From positions 1 through 30,830 of IMG/VR virus record IMGVR_UViG_3300025751_003547: 30,830 nucleotides of DNA; one strand, written 5' to 3'. The notes below the pieces were generated by a model. That model saw nothing but the letters and a program-made list of their open reading frames with translations, had not been told where the DNA came from and made no database searches. This document shows positions 8,375 through 16,739 of the stretch, one piece after another. The translations under genes were made by a program, and so were the position numbers. Origin of the DNA: a virus. Taxonomy: Duplodnaviria; Caudoviricetes. Every line of letters begins with the position of its first letter. Position 1 is the stretch's first letter.

Positions 8375-8517
8375 GGATTTCCTCGTTCAATTCCCAAATC
8401 ATCTAGATAATCAATCCACCATTGAGGATCTTTTTTCAATTTCCAATTAGGTACTGGTTTACCTTGTTCAGAATAATATGTTTCAATTGCTTCATCGATA
8501 GTCTGTGCGATCTCCAT
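8371..8517 (-). CDS. Hypothetical protein, 48 aa (MEIAQTIDEAI...DPQWWIDYL...)
   Basis: C-terminal part of track ORF 8371-8613; GAGGAG RBS precedes the ATG at 8517. Confidence 0.65.
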   Translation of the reverse strand: MEIAQTIDEAIETYYSEQGKPVPNWKLKKDPQWWIDYLDDLGIERGNP

Positions 8518-8701
8518 ACTCCTCTTCCTCTTCATCAACGTCTGCATATGCATCTGCCACATAAGGTCCGTGTGGTTTTTTGGATTCTGCTCTGACATAC
8601 TTTCGTTCATCATTTGCTGTGAATAACAGTAAACTTAATTTCATCACAATCCATATGATTACAATTGGTGATAGACAAGCAATTAGTACTACTGGGTTCA
8701 T
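8492..8701 (-). CDS. Small membrane protein with an acidic tail, 69 aa
   Basis: N-terminal TM; DADVDEEEEE-type tail. Confidence 0.7.
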   Translation of the reverse strand: MNPVVLIACLSPIVIIWIVMKLSLLLFTANDERKYVRAESKKPHGPYVADAYADVDEEEEEYGDRTDYR

Positions 8702-8820
8702 TAGTCATCATCCTCATCTTCGTATAAAGGACATGGTTCTTCAAAAAGATGTTCCATTCTAAGTTGTTTAATTCTTTCTTTAAGTCCTTTGTAGAACTCC
8801 CTTTTTTCTTCTTCGTTCAT
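8701..8820 (-). CDS. Small hypothetical protein, 39 aa (MNEEEKREFYKGLKERIKQLRMEHLFEEPCPLYEDEDDD)
   Basis: Read by hand; coupled on both sides (ATGA, TAATG). Confidence 0.7.
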   Translation of the reverse strand: MNEEEKREFYKGLKERIKQLRMEHLFEEPCPLYEDEDDD

Positions 8821-8978
8821 TTATGTTTTTTAGTGAACGGTTCCCAATGTTCCCAACCATACTTGTGAACTGCCCACATTCCTAGAACGGGAACAAATAC
8901 CAACGCCAAACACATCGGTCCAAGGGTCCATGGATTATTTAGTGTCCAAGCAGCAAAATGACCAATTTTATGAATCAT
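8817..8978 (-). CDS. Small single-TM protein, 53 aa (MIHKIGHFAAWTLNNPWTLGPMCLALVFVPVLGMWAVHKYGWEHWEPFTKKHK)
   Basis: ATGA overlap with the zwf stop. Not in the ORF track. Confidence 0.7.
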   Translation of the reverse strand: MIHKIGHFAAWTLNNPWTLGPMCLALVFVPVLGMWAVHKYGWEHWEPFTKKHK

Positions 8979-10333
8979 GCTGGATAATCCCAATCAGTTA
9001 TTCTTCGCGTTTTGTAATCTGGTCCCCACGTACCAGGCATATAGATGTAAGGAGCAGTACGTATGGGGCAAGAATCCCCAGTACAAAGTAAATCATTTAC
9101 AATTCTCCAAGATTCTAACACTTCTTCAGAATGAACAAAGTGTGATTGATCACCATTAATTGCTTCATATAATAGTCTTTCATATCCATCAACACCCAAC
9201 CAATCTGGATATCTGTGTGTCAAAGTAGCAGTTTCTACATCATTATTAAATCCAGGAGCTTTCATATCAATACGAATATCAAAATGAGCATGTGGTTGTA
9301 ATCGCATCACAATTCGATCGTTATATTCATGCCCCTCAAACAGTTGTTGCGGTGGTGATTTTAGTTTAATTACAACTTCAACACATCCATAAGGCATACA
9401 TTTACCAGTCAAGATGCGAAAAGGAACTCCCTCCCAACGCCAGTTATCAACATATAAAGTACCAGCAGCAAAAGTAGGGGTATTACTGTTAGGATCAACA
9501 CCCTCTTCAGATTTATAAGTTTCATATTGCCCAAGAATCATGTCCTTGCCCAAACGAGTAGCAGCAAGAACCTTCGTTTTTTCGCGACGAATTTCTTTTG
9601 CATCCATTCTGCAAGGTGCTTCCATAGCAATGAGTGCTAGAACTTGAAGGATATGATTTTGAAGCATATCTCTTACAGCGCCAGCAGTCTCATAATATTG
9701 CGATCGACCTTCACAACCGAATGTTTCAGTAGCAAAAATCTGAACTTCTTCTACATAGTTGCGGTTCCAAAGTGGTTCAAGGAGAATATTACTAAACCTT
9801 GTAGCAAGAATATTATTGACAGTATCTTTACCAAGATAATGATCAATGCGATAGACCTGCTTCTCCCGTAAATGTCTACTAACCACAGACTGTAGATGAT
9901 CAGCAGATTTATAATCACGTCCAAAGGGTTTTTCGATAACCACTCTGGACCTTTCTGGATCTTCAAGGAGTCCAGATTCTTTAAGATTGATGATAGAATT
10001 TTCATATCGTTCTGGTGGTACGGATAGAAAATAAGTATTATCTTGAAGATAATCTGGAAGGTGACGGAGAGTATCAACATTGTCCAGATCTACACATTGA
10101 TAATCTAAATGATGTAAAAACTCTTCAGGATATTCACCTAAGGTTTCTTTCCACTGCTCGGATGTTGGTTCCCTTCTGGCAGATCCAGTAATTACAAAAT
10201 TATTTGGAAGAAGATCTTTCTTCCATAATTCAAACAGTGCAGGAATTAATTTTCTCCTACAAAGATCTCCAGTTGCACCGAAGATAACTATTCCTGAAGT
10301 CTCTGGGTTAGTGAGCGGTTCCATTTCCGTCAT
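8975..10333 (-). CDS. zwf: Glucose-6-phosphate 1-dehydrogenase
   Basis: IVIFGATGDL, EKPFG and RIDHYLGK motifs. Start is probably 10333 or 10324 rather than 10426, because an NdhP-like ORF occupies the upstream region. Confidence 0.97.
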   Translation of the reverse strand: MTEMEPLTNPETSGIVIFGATGDLCRRKLIPALFELWKKDLLPNNFVITGSARREPTSEQWKETLGEYPEEFLHHLDYQCVDLDNVDTLRHLPDYLQDNTYFLSVPPERYENSIINLKESGLLEDPERSRVVIEKPFGRDYKSADHLQSVVSRHLREKQVYRIDHYLGKDTVNNILATRFSNILLEPLWNRNYVEEVQIFATETFGCEGRSQYYETAGAVRDMLQNHILQVLALIAMEAPCRMDAKEIRREKTKVLAATRLGKDMILGQYETYKSEEGVDPNSNTPTFAAGTLYVDNWRWEGVPFRILTGKCMPYGCVEVVIKLKSPPQQLFEGHEYNDRIVMRLQPHAHFDIRIDMKAPGFNNDVETATLTHRYPDWLGVDGYERLLYEAINGDQSHFVHSEEVLESWRIVNDLLCTGDSCPIRTAPYIYMPGTWGPDYKTRRITDWDYPA

Positions 10334-10436
10334 ACTTGTCTGTTTCATAGTAGTTATTTTCACCTTTTCGTATCCCGAAATATATCGTGGATAGTACAAA
10401 GGGTATTGCGATCCATTTAAGAACATCAGCGAACAT
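10308..10436 (-). CDS. ndhP: NdhP-like small subunit of NDH-1L, 42 aa (MFADVLKWIAIPFVLSTIYFGIRKGENNYYETDKYDGNGTAH)
   Basis: One TM plus a C-terminal FG.R.G...Y.TD.Y.GNG.AH motif matching cyanobacterial NdhP as recalled; GGAGG RBS upstream. Not in the ORF track. Confidence 0.8.
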   Translation of the reverse strand: MFADVLKWIAIPFVLSTIYFGIRKGENNYYETDKYDGNGTAH

Positions 10437-11472
10437 CGTGACCTCCAAACATTGCCCGCATTCCATTCAGAACCTTGGCTGCGAAAGCACCAAGACGGCG
10501 CGACTCAAAACGTGCCCACAACGCACTGCTGATGACAGGAGCGGGTACGCCAAGATCCACAGCAGCGTGAACCGTCCAACGACCCTCACCACTGTCTGAT
10601 ACTCCCCCATCGAACTTGCTAAGCTCTCGATCGCCGCGTAGTACAGTAGCGGTAAGATCGAGTAACCAAGAACCAACCACACTACCACGACGCCATAACT
10701 CAGCCACTTCAGCAACGTCAATATCGTATTGATAATCTGCTGGATTTTCCATTGGAGCAACCTCAGCATCACCCTCCTTAACGTATGCCGACCCAGCATT
10801 AGCTTCATGCAGGATATTAAATCCTTCTGCATATGCTTGCATGATTCCATACTCAACTCCATTGTGAACCATCTTTACAAAGTGACCTGCTCCAGCTGGT
10901 CCACAATGTAACCAACCATGTTCGGCACTTGTTTCATGAGAGAGGGGGTCTGTACGAGAGGCAGATCCGATACCTGGGGCGAGTGCCCTAAAGATGGGAG
11001 AGCAGACGGATACTGCAGTATTTGTACCACCAACCATAAGACAGTATCCACGCTCCAGACCGTAAACACCACCACTAGTACCACAGTCAAGATATTGGAT
11101 GCCAAGTTTAGCAAGCCTTTCTGCCCTGCGTCTAGAGTCTTTAAAATTGGAATTGCCATGATCAATAATAATATCGCCTTCCACACAAAATTGTAGTAGC
11201 TCATTCAGTGTATCCTCTACAGTTTCTGCTGGTACAACCATCATAAAAATACCAGGATTTTTAGCAGGATCACCAAAAACTCCTCTTCCGCTATGAACTA
11301 CTTGAACAAGGCTTTCCAAAGAAGTGGTACATCCACTAATATAACCCTTCTCATATTGCTCTTCAGCTTTTTTATAGTTGTTACGATATCCATGAACTTC
11401 GATACCTGCTTTGATCATACGACGAGACATACCCTCGCCCATTCTTCCTAGACCGATTAAACCTACCTTCAT
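10426..11472 (-). CDS. gnd: 6-phosphogluconate dehydrogenase (short, decarboxylating type)
   Basis: GLIGLGRMG, DCGTSGG and GHFVKMVHNGVEYG motifs. Confidence 0.97.
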   Translation of the reverse strand: MKVGLIGLGRMGEGMSRRMIKAGIEVHGYRNNYKKAEEQYEKGYISGCTTSLESLVQVVHSGRGVFGDPAKNPGIFMMVVPAETVEDTLNELLQFCVEGDIIIDHGNSNFKDSRRRAERLAKLGIQYLDCGTSGGVYGLERGYCLMVGGTNTAVSVCSPIFRALAPGIGSASRTDPLSHETSAEHGWLHCGPAGAGHFVKMVHNGVEYGIMQAYAEGFNILHEANAGSAYVKEGDAEVAPMENPADYQYDIDVAEVAELWRRGSVVGSWLLDLTATVLRGDRELSKFDGGVSDSGEGRWTVHAAVDLGVPAPVISSALWARFESRRLGAFAAKVLNGMRAMFGGHDVR

Positions 11473-11492
11473 CCTTTAACCTCTTTTAAAAA

Positions 11493-11576
11493 TTAACTTC
11501 GGTATCTACCTGGCCATGTTAATTGCATTCCAGCAATTAACAATGAAATGAATGCAAATACAAACAATAGACTCAT
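11493..11576 (-). CDS. Single-TM micro-protein, 27 aa (MSLLFVFAFISLLIAGMQLTWPGRYRS)
   Basis: GGAGG RBS; ATGA overlap with the PTOX stop. Confidence 0.65.
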   Translation of the reverse strand: MSLLFVFAFISLLIAGMQLTWPGRYRS

Positions 11577-12166
11577 AATTTTACCTCCTCTTTTACTACC
11601 AAATCGCTTACATCTGGTGGGAATGGTTCACAATCCTTCTCTCTCACAGTTAAATGATCAGGATCAAGGATTCTCATTGCTTCCGCAAGTTCTTGGAAAT
11701 GTTGGATCTCATCATTCATAATCTCCCAGATTTTTTTATCATTATAATCTTCATATGCAAGATAGTGTGCATATGTCTCAGCAGCGTGCATCTCTATTTC
11801 GTAGGAGAGATGGTAAGCAGCGCGAGGAGATATCCAATAATAAACCACATTGATCCAATAATAGATAAGAACGAGGTGTCTGGCAAAGAAACGATCAATC
11901 CAATAAGAATTACCGCCCCTAGATTCCATGTACTCCAAATGCTCTGTTTCATTGACGCTCTGCTCGAAGTGTTCTTTCATTAAGTATATGTGCCACTGAC
12001 CACGCAAACCTAAAGATTCACGTAAATGTAACACACTCAAAAATGCAAAATAGGGTGCCCGAGCAATCTCCTCAAGCACCCAGAAACGTTGAAAATGTCT
12101 ACCACGATAAAGATAATCAATGATTGCTACAGTAATGTTAAGTGTAACTTCATTGAATTTTTTCAT
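11573..12166 (-). CDS. ptox: Plastoquinol terminal oxidase (alternative oxidase family)
   Basis: RFWVLEEIARAPYF, NETEHL, EMHAAETY and DEIQH di-iron motifs. Confidence 0.95.
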   Translation of the reverse strand: MKKFNEVTLNITVAIIDYLYRGRHFQRFWVLEEIARAPYFAFLSVLHLRESLGLRGQWHIYLMKEHFEQSVNETEHLEYMESRGGNSYWIDRFFARHLVLIYYWINVVYYWISPRAAYHLSYEIEMHAAETYAHYLAYEDYNDKKIWEIMNDEIQHFQELAEAMRILDPDHLTVREKDCEPFPPDVSDLVVKEEVKL

Positions 12167-12244
12167 AAAGTATTACGTCTAAACACTACAGTATCTATCA
12201 GTCTAATAAGTTAATGTACTGATATTCTGTTACCATTTCCTAAC

Positions 12245-12559
12245 TTACTTTTTAGGTTCAATTGCAGATTGAAAAGGTGGTTGTTCTTCTCTTTTTGCTA
12301 TTTTACCATTTCCATTACCACCTGCTTTGGCAGGACTCAATCCGAATGCAGCTAAAGACCCACTGAACACAGAGGCTATGAATGTTGGGTCAAAATCTAA
12401 AATCTTTTGACCATTTGGAAGTCTAACGTAACTGAATGTGAGGAGAGATGCGGACCAAATAAGTACAACAACTTTCACTAAATTACCCAAAACTTCACTC
12501 TTATCTTCATCATGGTCCTTTTCTTCTACCTTTGCTTCTTTGGATTTGTTTCCGAGCAT
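12245..12559 (-). CDS. Two-TM membrane protein, 104 aa
   Basis: Two hydrophobic segments (VKVVVLIWSASLLTFSY; FIASVFSGSLAAFGL); late-like ATAAATA about 20 nt upstream (12578-12584). Confidence 0.8.
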   Translation of the reverse strand: MLGNKSKEAKVEEKDHDEDKSEVLGNLVKVVVLIWSASLLTFSYVRLPNGQKILDFDPTFIASVFSGSLAAFGLSPAKAGGNGNGKIAKREEQPPFQSAIEPKK

Positions 12560-12605
12560 TTAGTATAGAACAAGGCATATTTATTTATTTCATAAGTATT
12601 TTAAT

Positions 12606-12764
12606 CTAGAATCGGTATTCGTCAAGAATGTCCAAAACCATACTTAAATATCTATGTGCCATTTTCTTTTCTTCATCATACGGAGTTGGTTCCCAATCCA
12701 CATTGTTCTTTAACTTCAATACCCTAACTCTCAATTCTTCTACACTAACTTGATTTCTAGGCAT
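12606..12764 (-). CDS. Small hypothetical protein, 52 aa (MPRNQVSVEELRVRVLKLKN...AHRYLSMVLDILDEYRF)
   Basis: Read by hand; open frame filling the gap. Confidence 0.7.
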   Translation of the reverse strand: MPRNQVSVEELRVRVLKLKNNVDWEPTPYDEEKKMAHRYLSMVLDILDEYRF

Positions 12765-12800
12765 AAAAAAAGACCCACTATATTATGTAGAAGGTCTTTT
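12765..12800 (-). terminator. Terminator-like hairpin, possibly bidirectional
   Basis: AAAAGACC...GGTCTTTT inverted repeat with a T7 tract on the minus strand. Confidence 0.6.
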
Positions 12801-12804
12801 TATA

Positions 12805-12930
12805 TTAAATTGAATTTTGTGCGGGAATCATCATCCCACCACTCATATCGTCATCATCATCAACATTTCCATCGGTCAATAGGGCAGCAAATATAAACCC
12901 TCCTATCATGGAAGCTGCTATGAGTAACAT
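12805..12930 (-). CDS. Small TM protein with a DDDDDMSGGMMIP tail, 41 aa
   Basis: C-terminal half of track ORF 12805-13014; the N-terminal half of that ORF is a shadow of hli. Confidence 0.7.
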   Translation of the reverse strand: MLLIAASMIGGFIFAALLTDGNVDDDDDMSGGMMIPAQNSI

Positions 12931-12935
12931 GTCGT

Positions 12936-13043
12936 TCACCATACACCTGGGATGATTTGTCCTGTGGCAGCATAAGATCCCATTGCGGCAACAACACCGA
13001 TCATTGCTGCCCAACCATTAATGCGTTCTGCTTTTTCGTTCAT
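12936..13043 (-). CDS. hli: High-light-inducible protein, 35 aa (MNEKAERINGWAAMIGVVAAMGSYAATGQIIPGVW)
   Basis: AExxNGxxAMxG chlorophyll-binding motif and TGQIIPG tail. Not in the ORF track. Confidence 0.93.
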   Translation of the reverse strand: MNEKAERINGWAAMIGVVAAMGSYAATGQIIPGVW

Positions 13044-13189
13044 TGTTTTTTCTCCAAAGTTTTGTTGTAAATTACGACTCTACCGTTTTCATGAGTGAAT
13101 ATAAGTTCATCATGTTGCCCCCAGCAGAGTTCTTCGTATAGGGCATTTAGTTTGGAAACATCTTCAAATAATTGATTATTCTCTTGCAT
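13040..13189 (-). CDS. Small hypothetical protein, 49 aa ([49 protein letters not shown])
   Basis: Read by hand; ATGA-coupled to hli. Confidence 0.7.
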   Translation of the reverse strand: MQENNQLFEDVSKLNALYEELCWGQHDELIFTHENGRVVIYNKTLEKKQ

Positions 13190-13472
13190 AAAAGTCAAAT
13201 GTTTTACGGATATTCTGTGTGATATCTAGTCCACCAACAAACTTTTCTTTTAATACGCCTTCAGCATCCGTAACAATAAGAACTGGAGTTGCAGTAACTT
13301 CATACTTTTTTGCAAATGCTTTTGCTTCTTCTGTAGGTTCTGAACCAACATCTTCAAGATCAATATATTCAATAAGATCAGTACGTTGATCTTTCATAGC
13401 ATTGAAATACTTATCAACAAGCATACAAGGACCGCATGATTTTTTAGAAAAGAGATAGAACTGATTCATCAA
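13176..13472 (-). CDS. Thioredoxin/glutaredoxin-like protein
   Basis: CGPC active site; cis-Pro motif VTATP. Confidence 0.85.
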   Translation of the reverse strand: MMNQFYLFSKKSCGPCMLVDKYFNAMKDQRTDLIEYIDLEDVGSEPTEEAKAFAKKYEVTATPVLIVTDAEGVLKEKFVGGLDITQNIRKTFDFYARE

Positions 13473-13762
13473 AACAATTCCTCTTCTTTTTCAGTCTCAA
13501 TAACACAGTCGCTAGTGGGATATGCTACACAAGTAAGAACAAATCCTGCATCAATCTGATCATCATCCAAGAACGATTGATCAGATTGATCAACTCTACC
13601 ACTGACAATCTTACCAGCACAAGAAGAACACGCACCTGCGCGACAGGAATAATTCATATCAATACCTGCTTCTTCAGCAGCATCAAGAATGTACTGATCG
13701 TCCTCACACTGAACAACTTGCTCAGTGCCATCAGGAGTACGAAGAGTAATAGAAAAAGTCAT
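13469..13762 (-). CDS. petF: Plant-type [2Fe-2S] ferredoxin
   Basis: [11 protein letters not shown]...[11 protein letters not shown]. Confidence 0.97.
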   Translation of the reverse strand: MTFSITLRTPDGTEQVVQCEDDQYILDAAEEAGIDMNYSCRAGACSSCAGKIVSGRVDQSDQSFLDDDQIDAGFVLTCVAYPTSDCVIETEKEEELF

Positions 13763-13767
13763 AATAA

Positions 13768-14097
13768 TTAACTATTTGAAAATTTTTTTAATTGTTTAAA
13801 TTGTTCTGTTACGATTTTACAATCGCTTGTTGGTGTGGCAATACAAGGTGAACAATAACCTTCTGAAATATGATCTGGATCTAATGGTGTGCTTAGATTA
13901 TCAGGATGATTTACAGTTCCTTCAAGAACTTTAGCAACACAAGTTAGACATTCTCCATTTTTAGTACAGTTTTCATTGAGAGTTATGTGAATGTTATTTT
14001 CTTCACAAAGTTGGCGAATGGTTTTATTTTCATCACATTCAAATGTGAGTTCTTCACCAATGTTCGCCAAATCTCTAACAGTTACGTTATAAGGCAT
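13768..14097 (-). CDS. Divergent [2Fe-2S] ferredoxin paralog
   Basis: [10 protein letters not shown] (CX5CX2C), KVLEGTV and [14 protein letters not shown]; late-like ATAAATA upstream (14120-14126). Confidence 0.8.
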   Translation of the reverse strand: MPYNVTVRDLANIGEELTFECDENKTIRQLCEENNIHITLNENCTKNGECLTCVAKVLEGTVNHPDNLSTPLDPDHISEGYCSPCIATPTSDCKIVTEQFKQLKKFSNS

Positions 14098-14133
14098 TTT
14101 TAATCTAACAGTAATGCTATATTTATTTTGAAG

Positions 14134-14451
14134 TTACTGCAGTCCAACACCAGACATCCAACCACCAGATCCTTCATGAAAGTTTTCTGAACCACCACCA
14201 AAAGATGGAGTAGGATTTAAATGAAGAGTAGTGTTATTATTTTTAGTTGCAATCTCATACATGATTTGATGAATGTTTTCCGATTCTTTTACATGAATTG
14301 AATCAGAATCAATATCTTCTTTAGAAGCGTTTACCTGTGCAACTAATTCTTGCTCTTCCACAAACTTTTCATATTCGATTTTAGATTCTGTAATTGGTGC
14401 AGGACCAAACCAAGGATCATCATCGAGGAACAGTGGAGCTGGATATGTCAT
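14134..14451 (-). CDS. Hypothetical protein, 105 aa
   Basis: ORF track; DDPWFGPAP and GGSENFHEG motifs. Confidence 0.75.
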   Translation of the reverse strand: MTYPAPLFLDDDPWFGPAPITESKIEYEKFVEEQELVAQVNASKEDIDSDSIHVKESENIHQIMYEIATKNNNTTLHLNPTPSFGGGSENFHEGSGGWMSGVGLQ

Positions 14452-14537
14452 TAGTAGGTTTCGGAAAGTTGTTCAACAGAGTATGCCAACAAAACAAAGA
14501 AGGCAATGCTTGTTATTGTAAACAATGTTGTAGTCAT
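14451..14537 (-). CDS. Single-TM micro-protein, 28 aa (MTTTLFTITSIAFFVLLAYSVEQLSETY)
   Basis: Read by hand; GGGG RBS-like sequence upstream; TAATG coupling to the next gene. Confidence 0.65.
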   Translation of the reverse strand: MTTTLFTITSIAFFVLLAYSVEQLSETY

Positions 14538-14549
14538 TGTCAACCCCCG

Positions 14550-14768
14550 TCAGAATCCGAATGCTCCAAAGAAAAATACACTACCAGTAGTAGCATAAGA
14601 AATAATAGCAGCAACAAATCCAAGCATAGCAGTGCGTCCATTCAATTTCTCAGCACGTTCGGCATGAGACTCGATACCATAACGGGCACGATCTTCATCA
14701 GTCATATACATTGTAGGTTCAATAGCGAACATATTTTGTTGTCCACGCTCATTCGTTGTTACGGTCAT
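14550..14768 (-). CDS. hli: High-light-inducible protein, 72 aa
   Basis: AERAEKLNGRTAMLGF motif. Confidence 0.93.
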   Translation of the reverse strand: MTVTTNERGQQNMFAIEPTMYMTDEDRARYGIESHAERAEKLNGRTAMLGFVAAIISYATTGSVFFFGAFGF

Positions 14769-14794
14769 GGTCTTATGTAAAGAACTGTTACATA

Positions 14795-14823
14795 ATTATA
14801 TAGTAATGTAACAACTTTGTCAA
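14795..14823 (-). promoter_or_regulatory. Consensus sigma70 promoter TTGACA-N17-TATAAT for the hli/ferredoxin operon, embedded in GTTACA repeats
   Basis: Minus strand TTGACA aagttgttacattacta TATAAT; TGTTACAT...ATGTAACA inverted repeat at 14786-14813. Confidence 0.85.
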
Positions 14824-14863
14824 CACTATGCTTGTTTTGATATCATAACATAATTGAGTATAT

Positions 14864-15655
14864 TTACTTAGAGTACATTCCTGGAGGTAGAGTTCCAAAG
14901 TAAGGATCAAATTCAAGCAATTTACTCCAATCATCTATATCTGGAGATGATTCTCTCCAAAAATTCCATAAACCTTCGTAACTAGATTTGTGGAACGTAT
15001 CAATGTGATTATCATGAATGCTAGATCCCAATTCAATCTTATACATAAAAACTGGAATTGCATAGGTATTACCAGAATTATAAATTAGATCATCGGCAAC
15101 AGCTCTTGGTTTAACTCCATTATCGATTTTATACTTATCACCACGAACATGATGGTTTATAAGTTTTGTTGCATGATGACGAGTAATTAAATAACATGCT
15201 GTAGAAAAATCATTTACAAATCTTTTATGAAGTTTTACATGAATTTCAGATGGATTAATTATAGCCATCTGAACTACATCAAAATCATAGGGAATATGAC
15301 TAAAAAGTTCTTTCCATGTAAATCCCCAATGCCTAATAGGTGAAAGATCACAATCATCTTCCATGATCAAAGCATATGGTTCATCTGTTTTTAAAAATTC
15401 AACCAATGCTTTTAAGTGAGATGTTGTACATCCCACCTCGCCAGATGACATATTATCGGGATAACGACCCTTTAAAATTCCACCAAGATCTCTACCATCT
15501 CTACCATCATATGCAGAGATACGTGTATAATTTTTAATACCCCAATATTCAAACTGTTCTTCCATATACTTTCTTCTTTCTGGTTGCTCATCCAGATTTA
15601 GATAATATACTGGGGGTAATCCCTTTGCTTTATGTAATGACTTGTTTTTATCCAT
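14864..15655 (-). CDS. Glycosyltransferase, GT25-like
   Basis: VYYLNLD..PERR, RISAYDG, GEVGCTTSH and IMEDD motifs. Confidence 0.85.
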   Translation of the reverse strand: MDKNKSLHKAKGLPPVYYLNLDEQPERRKYMEEQFEYWGIKNYTRISAYDGRDGRDLGGILKGRYPDNMSSGEVGCTTSHLKALVEFLKTDEPYALIMEDDCDLSPIRHWGFTWKELFSHIPYDFDVVQMAIINPSEIHVKLHKRFVNDFSTACYLITRHHATKLINHHVRGDKYKIDNGVKPRAVADDLIYNSGNTYAIPVFMYKIELGSSIHDNHIDTFHKSSYEGLWNFWRESSPDIDDWSKLLEFDPYFGTLPPGMYSK

Positions 15656-16739
15656 TTTCTCCTTTAAATTTATTCATTGCAGACTCAATTACAACATGCA
15701 TGTCCATATACTTATACTCTGCTAATCTACCACCGAATATTATATTTGTCAATGATTTTGACTTTTTAAAATATTGTGAATAGATATTGGAATTTTTTTT
15801 ATCATTTATTGGATAATATGGTATTCTCCCCCTCTCATATTTTAAAGGATATTCTCTACTGATAACAGTTTTTTCTGTGACAATTTTTTCAAAATGTTTA
15901 TGTTCATATACCCTGGTGTAAGGAACATCCTTATCACAGTAATTAAAAACTGCATTTCCTTGATAGTTTACTGTATCTAAAATCTCTTCATCAAAGCGTA
16001 GTGATCTATACTCAAGTTCCCCATACTCATATCCAAAGAATTCATCTATACATCCAGTATAAACAACTTTATGTGCTAATGAATTGAAGTAATCTCTATC
16101 TTTAAAATAATCTGCGTTTGTACGAACTTCAATATTATCTAACATATTTTTAAATATATTGGTATAACCGCCTATAGGTATACCCTGATAACGATCATTA
16201 AAATAATTATTATCAAAAGTAAATCTTAACGGCAACCTTTTAATTATGAATGAAGGAAGATCTTTAGCCTGTTTTCCCCATTGTTTTTCTGTATAATCTT
16301 TTATAAAAGTGTAGTAAATGTCTTCACCAACCAAAGATAAAGCTTGTTCTTCAAGATTTTTTGGTAAACCATGAAACCTTTGATTCTCTATAATTTCTTT
16401 AACTTTTTCTGGACTAGAAACACCCCATAACTCATAAAAAGTATTCATATTAAAGGGTAGTGAATATATTCTACTTTTAGATACTGCTTTTGGTGAATTT
16501 ATATAGTTGTTAAATTCAGCAAATCTGTTAATAAAATTCCATACTATTTTATTGCTTGTATGAAAAATATGTGCTCCATACTTATGAACATTTATTCCTT
16601 CAATATTTTCAGTATAACAGTTACCACCAATATGATTTCTTTTATCAATAATAAGACAGGACTTGCCCGCATCAGTGGCAAGTCTTGCAAAAGTAGCGCC
16701 AAAGAGACCACATCCAACAATCAGATAATCATACTTCAT
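15648..16739 (-). CDS. glf: UDP-galactopyranose mutase
   Basis: LIVGCGLFG FAD motif, HIGGNCY, HKYGAHIFHT, PYYP and GRLAEYKYMDM. Confidence 0.95.
   Translation of the reverse strand: MKYDYLIVGCGLFGATFARLATDAGKSCLIIDKRNHIGGNCYTENIEGINVHKYGAHIFHTSNKIVWNFINRFAEFNNYINSPKAVSKSRIYSLPFNMNTFYELWGVSSPEKVKEIIENQRFHGLPKNLEEQALSLVGEDIYYTFIKDYTEKQWGKQAKDLPSFIIKRLPLRFTFDNNYFNDRYQGIPIGGYTNIFKNMLDNIEVRTNADYFKDRDYFNSLAHKVVYTGCIDEFFGYEYGELEYRSLRFDEEILDTVNYQGNAVFNYCDKDVPYTRVYEHKHFEKIVTEKTVISREYPLKYERGRIPYYPINDKKNSNIYSQYFKKSKSLTNIIFGGRLAEYKYMDMHVVIESAMNKFKGENG

Noticed and set aside
10334-10426. N-terminal extension of Zwf in the ORF track
   Set aside because: It does not resemble G6PDH, and the region is better explained by the NdhP-like ORF in another frame.
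10467-11204. Long alternative-frame ORFs inside gnd
   Set aside because: Fully nested, with no motifs; expected by chance.
12196-12224. TATCAGT...ACTGATA inverted repeat upstream of PTOX
   Set aside because: Only 7-bp arms in AT-rich DNA and no match to a motif I can name; too weak to call.
12931-13014. Cys-rich N-terminus of track ORF 12805-13014
   Set aside because: Out-of-frame reading of the 35-aa hli gene.
14777-14791. NtcA-like GTA...TAC palindrome upstream of hli
   Set aside because: Spacing is N9, not the required N8.
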